Assembly (NCBI RefSeq): GCF_963921235.1
Contig: NC_086101.1
Location: forward strand, 11,410,001-11,474,000
Reading direction: 5' to 3'
DNA from: Mobula hypostoma
Lineage: Eukaryota
DNA length: 64,000 nt
Part shown: positions 34,170 to 47,944 of the stretch, one piece after another
Layout of the letters: each line of letters begins with the position of its first letter
Position numbering within the stretch: the first letter of the stretch is position 1
The notes under the pieces: model-generated
Seen by the model: the letters and a program-made list of their open reading frames with translations, nothing else
Database searches by the model: none
Told to the model about the DNA's origin: nothing
Position numbers and translations under genes: made by a program

Positions 34170-37100
34170 TAAGACATTGGTGCCGAATTAGCTTATACTG
34201 CCATAAGACACAGGAGCAGAATTAGGCCATTCGGCCCATCGAGTCTGCTCCGCCATTCCATCTTGGCTGATCCCAGATCCCACTCAGCCCCATACACTTG
34301 CCCTTGCCATATCTAGACCAATCAAGAAGCTATCAACTTCTGCATTAAATATACCCACGGACTTGGCCTCCACCACAGTCTGTGACAAAGCATTTAGCAG
34401 ATTCACGACTCTTTAGCTAAAAAAAATCCTCCTTACCTCTCTACTGAAAGGTCACCTCTCAATTCTGAGGCTGTGCCCCTTAGTTCTGGATACCCCCACC
34501 AGAGGGAACATCCTCTCCACATCCACCTTATATAGTTTTTTCAATATTTGGCAGGTTTCATGCATCAGATGCCCACGCATTCTTTCAGCTCCAGTGAGTA
34601 CAGGCCCAAAGCTGCCAAACAATCGTCACATTCCCGGAATCATCCTTGTGAACCTCCTCTGGACTCTCCCCAAAGGCAACACATCCATTCCGAGATGGGG
34701 CCTAAAACTGTTGACAATACTCCAAGTGAGGCCTGACTACTGTCTTAAAAATCCTCAGCATTATCTCCTTGTCTTTATATTCTATTCCCCTTTAAATAAA
34801 TGCCAACATTGCAGTTGCCTTCTTTACCATAGACTCAACCTGAAAGTTAGCCTTCTGGGTGTCTTGAAGTGTTCTGTTCACCTCAGATGTTTGAATCTTC
34901 TCCCCATTTAGATAATAATCTGCAATATATTTCCTTTTACCAAAATGCATTATCATACATTTCCCAACACCATTAGTCACTGGCAGCCAACCAGAAAAGT
35001 CTCTCATTATTCCCACTCGCTGCCTCCTGCCTGTCAGCCATTCCTCTATCCGTGCCAGTAACTTTACTGTAACGCCACAGGATTGTATCTTGTTAAGCAG
35101 CCTCATGTGTGGCCCCTTATCAAATGTCTTCTGAAAATCCAAGTAAATGACATCCACTCTCTCTTCTTTGTCCACCCTGCTTGTTTCTTCCTCAAAGAAC
35201 TCTAACAGATTTGTCAGGCAAGATTTCCCTTGACAAAAACCATGCTGACTTTGACTTATTTTATCATTAGTCTCCAAGTACCCTGAATCCTCATTTTTAA
35301 TACTGGAACCCAATACTTACCCAACCACTGAGGTCAGGCTAACTGGTATATAATTTCCTTTCCTTTGCCTTCCTCCCTCCTCAAAGAGTGGAGTGACTTT
35401 TGCAATCTTCCATCCTTTGCGACCATGCCAGGATCAAGTGATTCTTGAAAGTTCATGACCAGTGCATCCGTTATCTCTTCAGCAACCTCTCTCAGGGCTC
35501 TGGGATGTTGTCCATCTGGTCCGAGTGACTTATCCACCTTAAGACCTTTGAGTTTGCCCAGCACATTTCCCTTTGTAATAGTAATGGCACTCAGTCCTGT
35601 TCCCTGACACACTGACCTCTGGCACACTGCTAATGTCTTCGGCAGTGAAGACAGATGCAAAGTACTCATTAAGTTCATCTGCCATTTCTTTGTCCCCCAT
35701 TACTATCTCACCAGTATCATTTTCTAGTGGTCCAAAGTCAACTCTCACCTCCCTTTTACTCTTCATATAACTGAAAACACTTTTAGTATCCTGCTTTATG
35801 TTATTGGCCAGTTTACACTCATATTTCATCTTTTCCCTTCTTAAAGCTTTTCTGGTTGCCTTTTGTTGGATTTTTAAAGCTTCCCAATCATCCAAATTCC
35901 CACTCACTTTTACTACCTCGGCAGCCCTTTCCTTGGCTTTTATGCAATCGTTAACTTCCCTTGTCAGCCATGGTTGCCCATTGAGTCTGTTCCACCATTC
36001 CATCATGGCTGATTTAACACCCTATGTTCTTGCCTTCTTCCCGTAACATTTCAGAGCCTGACTAATCAAGATCTATCAACCTTCACTTTTAAAAAAAAAA
36101 CCGCCAACAGCCTCCACATCTGCCAGTGGCAATGAATTGCACAAATGCACTACCCCCGGCTGAATAAATTCATCCTCCTCTCTGTTCAAAATGGACTTTC
36201 CTCTATTCTGAGGCTATTCATTGTTGTTCTAGACTCCCTCAATATAGGAAGTTTTTTCTCCACATCCACTCTATCTAGGCTTTTCAATATTTGATAGGTT
36301 TCCATACAAACCCCCCTTATTCTTCAAAACTCCTCCGAGTACAGACCCAAAACTATCAATTCCTTCTCATATATTAATCCTTTCTTTGTCGGCATTATTC
36401 ATATGAACCTCTTCTGGACCCTTTCCAATGACCGCAAACATTTTCTTTTTCGGATAAGGGGCCCAAAGCTGCTCACAACAAGTGTGGTCTGGGCAATGCC
36501 TTATAACACCTCAGCATTATATGCTTGCCTTATATTCCAGTCCTCTCAAAATGAATGCTAACATTGCATTTGCCTTCCCTCACCCTACAGGTTGACCTTT
36601 AGGAAATCCTGCATGAGGACTCCCAGTCCCTTTCCACCTCTGATTTTTTAAAAAAAATTTTCTCCCTGTTTTGACAATAGTCTGTGCCTTTATACTTTTC
36701 CCAAAGTGCATTAGCAAACACTTCCCTACTCTATGTTTTATCTGCCACCTCTTTTCCCATTCTTTCAATCTATGTCCTTCTGTAAGCTTCCTCAACAAAA
36801 GCTCCCCTTCCAGCTCTCTGAGCATTGGCTGTCAAATTGGTCACAAAACCATCAATTCCATCATCCAAATTATTGACATCATGTGAAAAGGAACATTCCC
36901 AACACCGATCCCTGCAGAACACCACCAGTCACCGGCAGCCAATCAGAAATGCTCTCTTTATTCCCACTCATTGCCTCCTGCAGTCAGCCACTATTCTATG
37001 CACGCTAATATTTTTCTTGTAGTACCATATCAGTTAAGCAGCCTTAACTGTTTGGCAAAAGCTTCCAAAAATCCAAATTTGGATTTAACATGGGATTAGA

Positions 37101-39065
37101 AATTTGTTATTGCCCAGAAAAAAACGCAGAAATTCGAAAAATGTACCTTTTTCGGCTTGTAAACATAGAGGACTCCAGGGATGTGTTCTTGTCCCTGAAT
37201 TACCTGCTAATTATGTTAATGGTCTGAGAGAGGGAGCTGTGTCCAGGTCACGTTCTGAAGAAGTAGCTGTGAATAGGCAATGTTGGTGGTCAACAGCTCT
37301 CTGAGCTCGCCGACAAGCCTGGCATTTTTGATATGTCCAGGAGCACCTGTAAGGCGTTCACCTTCGGAGTGCGGCCCTGAGGCCATTTGGATGACCCGAT
37401 TCCTCACCAGTGTTACTGACTGAAGTGCCACGGGAGATCAGAACATCGAGAGAGCAGTGTACACTGTTGTGGAAATAAGCAACGCTGCAGACCGCAGATT
37501 GTAATATCGAAACAGCGATCTGTTGGCCTCCCCTCTCGCTGTGGCAGGAGTGATACTTCTCACTCCCTCGTTAGTGAGAAGTGGAGCGTGTGGCAGGTCG
37601 AAGTATTGCGGTGAACATTGTTTTGTTTGATGGACTCTGGATCATGGATTCTTTGGGGGCTTTGCTATTGCTCGCATGGGAAAGTGGTTGGGTCTGATGC
37701 TTTTGCTGCGGCCTCTGAGGGGGAGGGGGAGGGGAAGGGGACGGGTTGTCTCTTTGCAGCTGCGTGTGTGGGAAGTCAGGGGCGGGCTTTGGTGTGCTAG
37801 TGTTTTCCTGGCATTCATTCTTTGGGATTTTTCTTCTGTTTCATTGGATGTCTGGGAAGAGTAAGAATTCCAGGTTGGACACTGCATTCATTCTGTGACA
37901 TTAAATAGAGCAATTGAAGCATTGATATTGACAAACAGAGTAAGTGGGCATATGAGCTTCGTTGTGAGAAGGTGTGAGGGGATAATCATCAGAAAAAAGT
38001 GAAACAAATGGGAGATTGGAAATGAAATAGACTGTGAATGGATGAAATACAGCTGAATCTCAGACAAACCCATCAACACTAACTCATTATCAGCTTTTCA
38101 TACACTATTTACTTACTTTTCTGAGTTATAGGTTTTAACTCAATAGACAATAGACAGTAGGTGCAGGAGTAGGCCATTCAGCCCTTCGAGCCAGCACCAC
38201 CATTCACTGTGGTCATGGCTGATCATCCACAATCAGTATCCAGTTCCTGCCTTCTTCCCATATCCCTTGACTCCACTATCTTTAAGAGCTCTATCCATCT
38301 CGTTCTTGAAAGAATCCAGAGAATTGGCCTCCACTGCCTTCTGGGGCAGAGCATTCCACAGAACCACAACCCTCTGTGTGAAAAAGTTTTTCCTCAACTC
38401 CGTTCTAAATGGCCTACCCCTAATTCTTAAACTGTGGTTCTGGACTCACCCATCAGCGGGAACATGCTTCCTGCCTCCAGCGTGTCCAATCCTTTAATAA
38501 TCTTATATGTTTCAATCAGATCCCCTCTTGTCCTTCTAAATTCCAGTGTATACAAGCCCAGTCGCTCCAATCTTTCAACATATGACAGTCCCGCCATCCC
38601 GGGAATTAACCTCATGAACCTACGCTACACTCCCTCAATAGCTAGAATGTCCTTCCTCAAATTTGGAGACCAAAACTGTGCACAATACTCTAGGTGTGGT
38701 CTCACCAGGACCCTATATAACTGTAGAAGGACCTCTTTGCTCCTTTACTCAACTCCCCTTGTTATGAAGGCCAACATGCCATTAGCTTTCTTCACTGCCT
38801 GCTGTACCTGTATGCTTGCTTTCAGTGACTGATGAACAAGGACACCTAGATCTCGTACTTCCCCTTTTCCTAACTTGACACCACTCAGATAGTAATCTGC
38901 CTTCCTGTTCTTGCCACCAAAGTGGATAATCTCACATTTATCCACATTAAACTGCATCTGCCATGCATCTGCCCACTCACCCAGCCTGTCCAAGTCACCC
39001 TGCATTCTCATAACATCCTCCTCACATTTCACACTGCCACCCAGCTTTGTGTCATCTGCACATTT
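34170..39065 (-). mobile_element. Several degenerate CR1 fragments in TRIM intron 3, mostly antisense to the gene
   Basis: Minus ORFs 34792-35313 (QHGF, SCLTNL), 35539-36006, 38427-39032; CR1 tails at about 34165-34215 and about 38140-38160. Confidence 0.8.
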
Positions 39066-39499
39066 GCTAATGAATTAATAAGTCTTTGCACTGCTGTGCT
39101 ACCACAAAAGAACTTACTTTTCATCATATGTCAGATGTAATCAACCTGGTTCTGAGTTCTTGCACATTAATTACAAACATTAGCAGGCAGGTGGAGCAGG
39201 TAGTTAAGAGAGTGACTGACATATGGAGTACTGTTCAGATTTGCCACCTTACCTGGAAATGTTAGAGTTGCGTTGGAGGTGATGCCAAAGTGATTCAGCA
39301 GGGAAATTCCTTGGATGGAAAGATTCTCCTGTCAAGAGAATTTCACCAGCTTGAGTTTCAATTCTTTGAAGGGTGGCCAAATGGCAAGGGTAGGCAGAAA
39401 AAGCTTGTGCCCCACCAAGATGACAAAGTTAATGGCAAATGCCATAGAGGTGTCTAAATTTATTAGAAATTGATATTGGTATTAGTTTATTGGGGTGGT

Positions 39500-39845
39500 G
39501 GGGTAGAGATTTGTCTCTACCAAAGGAGGTATAAGGCATTCCTTCCCCCCGCTAGCCTGCAGGTCACCCTCGGGCAAGGTGTAGCACCTGCTTAGCCCCC
39601 GATCAGGGTCATGTGAAGCCATGGGAACAGGTGGAGGATGGTGGTATGAGCAACAAGTCCTGGCTATGTGCCAGTCAGACAGTCTCTGAAGAGCATTGAT
39701 AATGGCTGGATTCACCTGACTTGTAGATACACGGCCCAGAAGAAGGCAATCGCAAAGCACTTCTGTAGAAAAATTTGCCAACAATCATGGTGATGGAAAG
39801 ACCATGATTGCCCACGTATTACGAGGCGGCACATAATGAATGAAC
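39500..39845 (+). mobile_element. RTE-derived non-autonomous SINE-like element
   Basis: Contains gaagaaggcaatcgcaaagcacttc, resembling the RTE 3' motif GAAGGAAATGGCAA.CCACT, and ends in (aatg)n. Confidence 0.45.
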
Positions 39846-41036
39846 TTTGGAAGAATAAGGGATGATGGTACTGAAAGATAGAAGAACTGAATGGGCTGTG
39901 ACAGGATAAATGTGGAAATGCTTTCATGTGTGGGGGAGTCTGAAATGTGAGGACATAGTTTCAGGGTGAAGGCCTGGCCATATAATACTGAGAACTGAAG
40001 AAATTTCTTATCACCAAGAATAGTGAATCTCCAGAATCTCTCTCCAAAAATTTGGTATGGTTAACTGGCTTGGTGTGTTTAGAGGTGGAGAACATTTTAA
40101 AAAACACACAACAAAAAACAGGGAATTGAGAACTTTTGGAACCCAGCAGAGAGCAACAGATGAGACCTGAGGTAAATCAGCAATGACTGGTGTAGCAGGT
40201 TTGACGGGGTTGGTAGCTCCTCCTTCTACTATTTGTGTTTTTATGTTGTAATGATTGGGAGGAGGACTGTGACTGTGACTAAGATTGATATCCAGAATGT
40301 GACATGCACACGTCAGACATCTCTGGCTAGTTCTACCGGCTGTGGTATCCAGGGTGTGACACGCACACATCAGACATCTCTGGCTAGTTCTATCAGCTGT
40401 GGTTGGCATCCTGGGGGAGTTCGCGACTTTTGTTTTGTTCAATGTTAAATGGACAGGCTATTGGGTCCATCTTCATCTGTCAGCTTTGCCATTCCACCCA
40501 GAACCTCATCATACCCGTTAACAATGCCCCAAATCCCATGGTCTCCCAAGCACTGATCACCTTCCCCTTACACTTATCTCTGCTGTTGGCTTAATGAACA
40601 CCGGTGGCACCCTGTTCCATATTCTCTTTACTGAATTCCTTATGGGATTCACTGAAAACCTGATGTTTTATTGTTGAATTTTGGTCTCCCCACAAGTACG
40701 GATATGTTTTCCACCCCGTCCAATCAAATCTATTGATAAATTTAAATTCCTTAATCAGATCATCACTGACATCTTCTCCAGATAAAACTGCACAACCTGT
40801 CCAAACTTCCCTGCACCTTTCATTCTCTCAGTTACAGTAGAATATAAAAAAAAGTCCTTGTACATTCTCCTGTCATTCTATGTCCTATGATATCCATTTT
40901 CCCTCTTTGTGTCTATGTGAGTGAAGTTTGCTCAATGGGACTTTTCAGAGGCTTCAAATAATTTGGGTGAAATTCCTGCCATTGGGGTTGGACTGTCAGT
41001 CTCAGTGAATTCAGATTTGTGTTTTATTTCTTTCAG

Positions 41037-41059
41037 GAGGCAGCTCAACAGAAGAGAAG
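41037..41059 (+). CDS. TRIM exon 4 (23-nt micro-exon)
   Basis: tctttcag|GAGGCAGCTCAACAGAAGAGAAG|gtagga; 23 nt is the typical size; keeps frame into exon 5. Confidence 0.88.
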
Positions 41060-41154
41060 GTAGGACACGCTCTTCACTGAAACCCTGTCTGTGTTGTAAA
41101 ATTGCACAAAACCTGCCAATGCTCAGTTTATAACTGGTTGTGTTCCTCCTGCAG

Positions 41155-41273
41155 GGTCCGTGCTGAAGAGAAATCATTGTCAGTGACAAATGGTACTCTG
41201 CTGATTGAAAAGTTGAATTGCCTCTTTTTGTTGAAATACATATTGGGAGAATCATTTGATGCCATTAAGCGAG
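41155..41273 (+). CDS. TRIM exon 5 (119 nt, linker)
   Basis: cctgcag|GGTCCG...CGAG|gtaagc; (R)VRAEEKSLSVTNGTLLIEKLNCLFLLKYILGESFDAIKR; phase 2 in, phase 1 out. Confidence 0.9.
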
Positions 41274-43009
41274 GTAAGCATGGTTATTGTGCACGAGACA
41301 TCTTTAAATAAGACTTAGACACAAAGATTGCTATAACAGTAGACTGAAAGGGAGTAGTTATTTTATTCTAGCACCAACCCCACCTGCTGGGAAACATCAC
41401 TGTCACATGGTCAGTTGGAGGTCCCTGAACACACTGACATGGGACACAATATAACCAGTTGACACACTGTAAAGTGAACATCCACATCATAATCCCATCC
41501 ATCCTTCAAAAACACCCCATGAGATGAGGTTGAAGACGACCATAATCGCTACGGAATGAAACCTCCTGTAGGGATAACCACAGGGATAAAAACTGGGATC
41601 ATCAGGCAAATACACCTGGATGGTTCAGAGAAACACAGTTCTGCCCCTGCTGGTCTTTCGGGTCTCACAGTTGTTATCAAACCGCCACACAGAGACTGTG
41701 AGACTGAGACTCAGTCTGGAAAAACCAAGCAGCATTCACCTCCGATCAATCACCCAGACACTATATGATCTGGCAAATTTCCTCTCACACACGTACATGA
41801 GGAGGATTAGCAGATAATGGCCAGAATCTTCGTCAGGTACTTTCTCATTTCCCTCAGTAAACTAATCCGAGATGTCTGTGCTGAGTGTGATACCAGACTA
41901 ACCCACAACTCTTCACATGCTGAACAGACAGGATGCAGGGCGCAGAGGGTGGTGTATCTTCAGAATTCTCTGCAGTGGAGGGCTGTGGGGTCTCTGTCAA
42001 TCAGTTCTTTTAAAGTCCCAGTCATCGTCACTGTACAGAAACGGCCCCCTTTGACCCATCAACTCTGAGCCGATCTATTTACCAGCTACACTCATCCTAT
42101 TGGCTGGCATAGGTCAGTCTCCTTCTGTCTTTCCCATTGAAGTGCCTGTCTATGTGATTGCTGTTAACCTTTCTGGCAGCAAGTTCCAATATCAACCACT
42201 TACTGTTCAATTAAACTCACCTTTAAACTCCTTCCTTCCACCTCAGGCATCTGGCCTCTTGTATTTGATCCCTGTCCTCTGGGAAAAAGATTTCAACCAT
42301 CTGCTCAATCTACGTCCCTCATAACCTGATATATTTCTGTCAAATCTCCCCTCGGCCCATTTCCCTGCATATGGCCCGTATCCTTCTAAACCTACCCTGT
42401 CGTCATTTCTCTGCCCCAGGCCTCAACTCCTCATCTATACCAGTTCTACCAGGGCCCTCAAGTCTCCAGTGTTACAGAGATGATCGACCTCATTTCCTAC
42501 CACATCACAGAAGCAGATGTGCTGCAGGTCCTAAAATGCAGACCAGTAGATAAATCCCCGGCTCCGGATCATTGTAAGAAGATCAGGAAGAAACCGTGGG
42601 GTTCTTTTCAGAGATATGTGTATCATTGATGGGCTGGAAGGCTGGAGGCTGACTAATGTTATACCTTCATTGAAGGTAGGCTGCAGTAAAAAGCCGGGGA
42701 AGTACAGACCGGTGAGCCTAACATCTGGGGTGGGTACATTAATGGAGGGGGTTCTGAGAGACAGGATCTACATTCATTGGAAAGGCAAGGACTAATCGGG
42801 AATACCCGGCCTGGTTTTCTGCATGGATGAAGATGATGGGTAATGGAAATGCAGGGGACATCATCTACATGGACTTTAGCGATGTATTTGGCAAGGTACT
42901 TCATGGTAGACTATTCCACAGAGTAAGATCTCCTGGGATACTGAATGATCTGGCCAATTAGATGCAGAACTGGATGGGTGGAGTGCTGTGACCAGCAGTG
43001 TGCATAATC

Positions 43010-43440
43010 ACAGGGCAACACAGTAGCATAGTAGTTAGCACAACACTTTACAGTAAAGGCCATCCAGGTTTAACTCCCACCGCCGCCCGTTCACTCCGTG
43101 AATGTGTGGGTTTCCTCCCGCGATCCAAAGACATACCGGTTGGTAGGTTAATCAGTCACTGTAAACTGTTCAGTGTTTAGGCTATAATTAAAATCGGGGC
43201 ATTGCTGATGGTGTGGCTTGAAGCACCTATTCCACGCTGTATCTCAATAAAAATAATAGAATTAAATAGACAACTTACAATGGCCAATTAACCTACTAAC
43301 TGGTTCATCTTTTTACTATGGGGGGAATTCTGAGCAGCTGGTGGAAACCCACGATGGCATGGGGAGAACATACAACCTCCTTACAGAATTTAACTCTGAA
43401 TGCCCCGAAGTGCTATCCACTCTGTTACTATGACGCCCGT
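43010..43440. mobile_element. Two tRNA-derived V-SINE-like copies, tail to tail (further copies at about 33080-33330 and about 62350-62650)
   Basis: V-domain-like gtgggtttcctcc...ccaaagacat...ggttaatc...gtaaa on + and its reverse complement (ggccaattaacctac...gaaacccacg). Confidence 0.55.
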
Positions 43441-44920
43441 AGACGTCACCGTCGCACCCATGATTTATCAGAGGTTACAACGGGATCTTGATAAACTAGG
43501 ACAGTGGGCTGTTGAATGGCTGATGGATTTTAATTCAGAGAGATGTGCGCGTTGCATTTTCTAGCAGCAAGCAATCGGTGATCGAAGGTGTTGCTAACAC
43601 AGGTTTGCCGATTGAGCAAGTAAGATATTGACTCAGGGCAATTTGATGTTTTGAACAGCGGCCAAAACATGATGGGGATTGATCGGCAAGAACCAATTAA
43701 AATAAGGAAGGGGCAAGTAGAGTGGCTGTCGTTGGAGTGGACAGTGTTAGAGTGCAGATTTTGAGGCTCGAGCTCTCTAAGGCTTCATTGGGAAGCGGCT
43801 TGAGTGAGGGAAAGCAAAAAGCAGTTGGTAGGTTTTTCCCCCACAGTTTATTTATTGTTTTTCCTTCTTTATACTTGCTCAGATAGAACAGCAGGCATGC
43901 CAGGCAGGATAGGTAAATGCGGGATGTGGGAAGACGGGGAGTTCCACAGTGTCCCTGATGATGACACCTGCCAGGGGCGTATCCAGCTGCAGCTTCTAAG
44001 ACTACATGTTAAGGATGAAGTTTGGATTATTTGGGAGACTGCGGGGGTAATAGATAGGACATGGAGAGAAGTAGATGCAGAAGGTGCCGAACACAGGAAA
44101 CTACGTGACTGGCCGGAAGGGGAAAGGGGTAAAACAGACAGAGCTGAGTACCCCTGTGACCGTGCCACTCAATAACACTTTGGATGCTGTTGGGTTTGAC
44201 TGAGCGGAGGAAAGTCCCAGCGATCAGGTCTCTGGCATTGAGTTTGACTCAGTGACTCAGAAGTGAAGTAGGGAGGAAAGGAAAGCTGTGGTGATAGGGA
44301 ATTCAATAGTCTGGGAAACAGAAACCAGGATCTGTGGACGAGAACAAAATTTTCAGATGCTATATTGCCCCCTGGGTGCTAGGAACCAGGACATGTTAAA
44401 TCAGGTCCTCAGTATTCCTAAATGGGATGAGCAGCCAGAGGTCATAGTTCATGTAGGTACCAACGACATAAGTAGAAAGACAGCAAGGTTCCGCAAAATG
44501 AGTTCGAGGAGGTAGGTGCTAAGTTAAAGGGCAGGACCTCCAGGGTTGTGATCTCAGGATTGCAGTCTGTGCCAATAATTAGTGATGCCAAAAATAGGAG
44601 AATTATGCTGTTTAACATGTGGATAGGGAGTTGGTGTAGGAAGGAGGGGGCATCAGATTTCTGAATCATTAGCCTCTCTCCCAGGGAAGGTGGGACCTGT
44701 ACAAATCAGACAATTTGCACCCGAACCAGAGAAGACTAATATCCGAGCAGGAGGTTTGCTAATGCTGCACGACAGGGGTGGGGGTGGGGGGGGGGGTTTA
44801 ATATAGTGTTGAGGGGGATGGGAAACAGAATGCCAGAACAGATAGTGGAGAGGTTCTGGAGACAGATGTTATTAAGACCTCAGACAAAGCTCAGAATCAA
44901 AAGTTTGAGTGTGGTGAGAC

Positions 44921-47043
44921 TATTGTTGGGATGATGTTTTTGCAGGGAAATGTACCATGGACATGTGGTCGATGTTTAGGGATCTCTTGCAGGATGTTAG
45001 GGATAAATTTGTCCCGGTGAGGAAGATGAAGAATGGTAGGGTGAAGGAGCCATGGGTGACAAGTGAGGTAGAAAATCTAGTCAGGTGGAAGAAGGCAGAA
45101 TACATGAGGTTCAGGAAGCAAGGATCAGATGGGTCGATTAAGAAATATAGGGTAGCAAGAAATGAGCTTAAGAAGGGGCTAAGGAGAGCAGGAAGGGGCC
45201 ATGAGAAGGCCTTGGCAAGTAGGGTAAAGGAAAATCCCAAGGCATTCTTCAATTATGTGAAGAACAAAAGGATGACAGGAGTGAAGGTAGGACCGATTAA
45301 AGATAAAGGTGGGAAGATGTGCCTGGAGACTGTGGAAGTGAGCGAGATCCTCAATGAATACTTCTCTTCGGTATTCACTAATGAGAGGGAACTTGATGAT
45401 GGTGAGGACAATATGAGTGAGGTTGATGTTCTGGAGCATGTTGATATTAAGGGAGAGGAGGTGTTGGAGTTGTTAAAATACATTAGGACGGGTAAGTCCT
45501 TGGGGCCTGACAGAATATTCCCCAGGCTGCTCCATGAGGTGAGGGAAGAGACTGCTGAGCCTCTGGCTAGGATATTCATGTCCTCATTGTCCACAGGAAT
45601 GGTACCAGAGGATTGGATGGCAGCGAATGTTTTCCCCTTGTTTAAAAAAGGTAATAGGGATAGTCCAGGTAATTATAGACCAGCGAGCCATACGTCTATG
45701 GTGGGAAAGCTGTTGGAAAAGATTCTTAGAGATAGGATCTATGGGCAGTTAGAGAATCATGGTCTGATCAGGGACAGTCAGCATGGCTTTGTGAAGGGCA
45801 GATCTTGTCTAACAAGCCTGATAGAGTTCTTTGAGGAGGTGACCAGCCATATAGGTGAGGGTAATGCAGTGGATGTGATCTACATTGATTTTAGTAAGGC
45901 ATTTGACAAGGTTCCACACGGTAGGCTTATTCAGAAAGTCAGAAGGCATGGGATCCAGGGAAGTTTGGCCAGGTGGATTCAGAATTGGCTTGCCTGCAGA
46001 AGACAGAGGGTCGTGGTGAAGGGAGTACATTCGGATTGGAGGGTTGTGACTAGTGGTGTCCCACAAGGATCGGATCTGGGACCTCTACTTATCGTGATTT
46101 TTATTAATGACCTGGATGTGGGGGTAGAGGGGTGGGTTGGCAAGTTTGCAGATGACACAAAGGTTGGTGGTGTTGTAGATAGTGTAGAGGATTGTTGAAG
46201 ATTGTAGAGAGACATTGATAGGGTGCAGACGTGGACTGGGAAGTGGCAGATGGAGTTCAACCCAGAGAAGTGTGAGGTGGTACACTTTGGAAGGACAAAC
46301 TCCAAGGCAGAGTACAAAGTAAATGGCAGGATACTTGGTAGTGTGGAGGAGCAGAGGGATCTGGAGGTACATGTCCACAGATCCCTGAAAGTTACCTCAC
46401 AGGTAGATTGGGTAGTTAAGAAAGCTTATGGGGTGTTAGCTTTCATAAGTCGAGTGATAGAGTTTAAGAGTCGCAAGGTAATGATGCAGATCTATAAAAC
46501 TCTGGTTAGGCCACACTTGGAGTACTGTGTCCAGTTCTGGTCACCTCACTATAGGAAGGATGTGGAAGCATTGGAAAGGGTACAGAGGAGATTTACCAGG
46601 ATGCTGCCCAGTTTAGAGAGTATGCATTATGATCAGAGATTAAGGGAGCTAGGGCTTTACTCTTTGGAGAGGAGGAGGATGGATGAGAGGAGACGTGATA
46701 GAGGTATACAAGATAGTAAGAGGAATAGATAGAGTGGACAGCCAGCGCCTCTTCCCCAGGGCACCACTGCTTAATACAAGAGGACATGGCTTTAAGGTAA
46801 GGGGTGGGAAGTTTAATGGGGATATTAGAGGCAGGTTTTTTACTCAGAGAGTGGTTGGTGCGTGGAATGCACTGCCTGAGTCGGTGGTGGAGGCAGATAC
46901 ACTAGTGAAGTTTAAGAGACTACTAGACAGGTGTATGGAGGAATTTAAGGTGGGGGGATAATATGGGAGGCAGGGTTTGAGGGTTGGCACAACATTGTGG
47001 GCCGAAGGGCCTGTACTGTGCTGTACTATTCTATGTTCTATAT
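44921..47043 (+). mobile_element. Younger 5'-truncated CR1 LINE (RT region + 3' tail)
   Basis: ORF 44957-46198 with QHGF, GVPQGS, FADD; continues in 46223-46961 across a stop and a frameshift; tail tattctatgttctata. Confidence 0.92.
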
Positions 47044-47158
47044 TCTTTTGTCCTGTGTTGCATATATTTCAATGCAGGAAGTATTGTAGGAAAGACAGAT
47101 GAGTTCACAACATGGATCAACATATAGAATTATGATATGTAACCATTATTGAGATGTG

Positions 47159-47469
47159 GGCACGTGGCCAAGTGGTTAAGGCTTTGGACTAGTGACCTGA
47201 AGGTCGTGAGTTCGAGCCCCAGCCGAGGCAACGTGTTATGTCCTTGAGCAAGGCACTTAATCACACATAGCTCTGCGACGACACTGGTGCCAAGCTGTAT
47301 GGGTCCTAATGCCCTTCCCTTGGACAACATTGGTGTCGTGGAGAGGGGAGACTTGCAGCATAGGCAACTGCTGGTCTTCCATACAACCTTGCCCAGGCCT
47401 GCGCCCTGGAGAATGAAGACTTTCCAGGCGCAGATCCATGGTCTCGCAAGACTAACGGATGCCTTTCAG
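47159..47469 (+). mobile_element. tRNA-derived SINE with CORE-like centre and RTE-like 3' end
   Basis: A box TGGCCAAGTGG, B box GTTCGAGCC, gtccttgagcaaggcacttaa, tail gatccatggtctcgcaagact; TSD tgagatgtg (47150-47158 / 47470-47478). Confidence 0.8.
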
Positions 47470-47563
47470 TGAGATGTGATTATAGGAGGAGCAGGAGCAG
47501 CTCAATATTCCAGGGTTGTGATGTTTTAAACGTGACAGAATGGGAGGGATTAAAGGAGGAAAC

Positions 47564-47944
47564 TATCAACGAATGCCACCAGAGAGACATGATGCTGGTA
47601 GTATAAAAGTCTTTATTCAGCTCACAATAGATGGCAGCCTTTGGAGTCACTCTGGAGAGAGAAGCTCCCTGACCTAACAATAAATCACATTTTTTATGTT
47701 AAAGAACAAAAGTAACAACAGAACTATTTATATCATTACATTGCATTCATGACGCTTCATTTGAGTTACTTATAACTTTCAAATGCCCAGTTCTGCACAC
47801 CAACACACCCAAAATGAGTGTTAATCACTGATGTCTCTGAGCTACATTTTAAATTCAATCTAAAATCCGTATTCGGATCTGAAGACTGGTTGCTATTGAA
47901 GTTAATATTTGCAATATTCCATATCTCCAGAATACACACTAACA
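47564..47944 (-). mobile_element. Solo LTR of the ERV-A family
   Basis: Aligns to about 12493-12530 plus 13235-13480 and to 6920-7102; minus strand starts TGTTAG and has AATAAA (tttatt at about 47611). Confidence 0.8.

Noticed and set aside
40289..40403. Two-copy 57-bp tandem duplication in intron 3
   Set aside because: Local duplication with no coding, splice or structural signal that I can support
47159..47230. Possible tRNA gene
   Set aside because: A and B boxes continue into a SINE body and tail bounded by a TSD; no convincing acceptor stem
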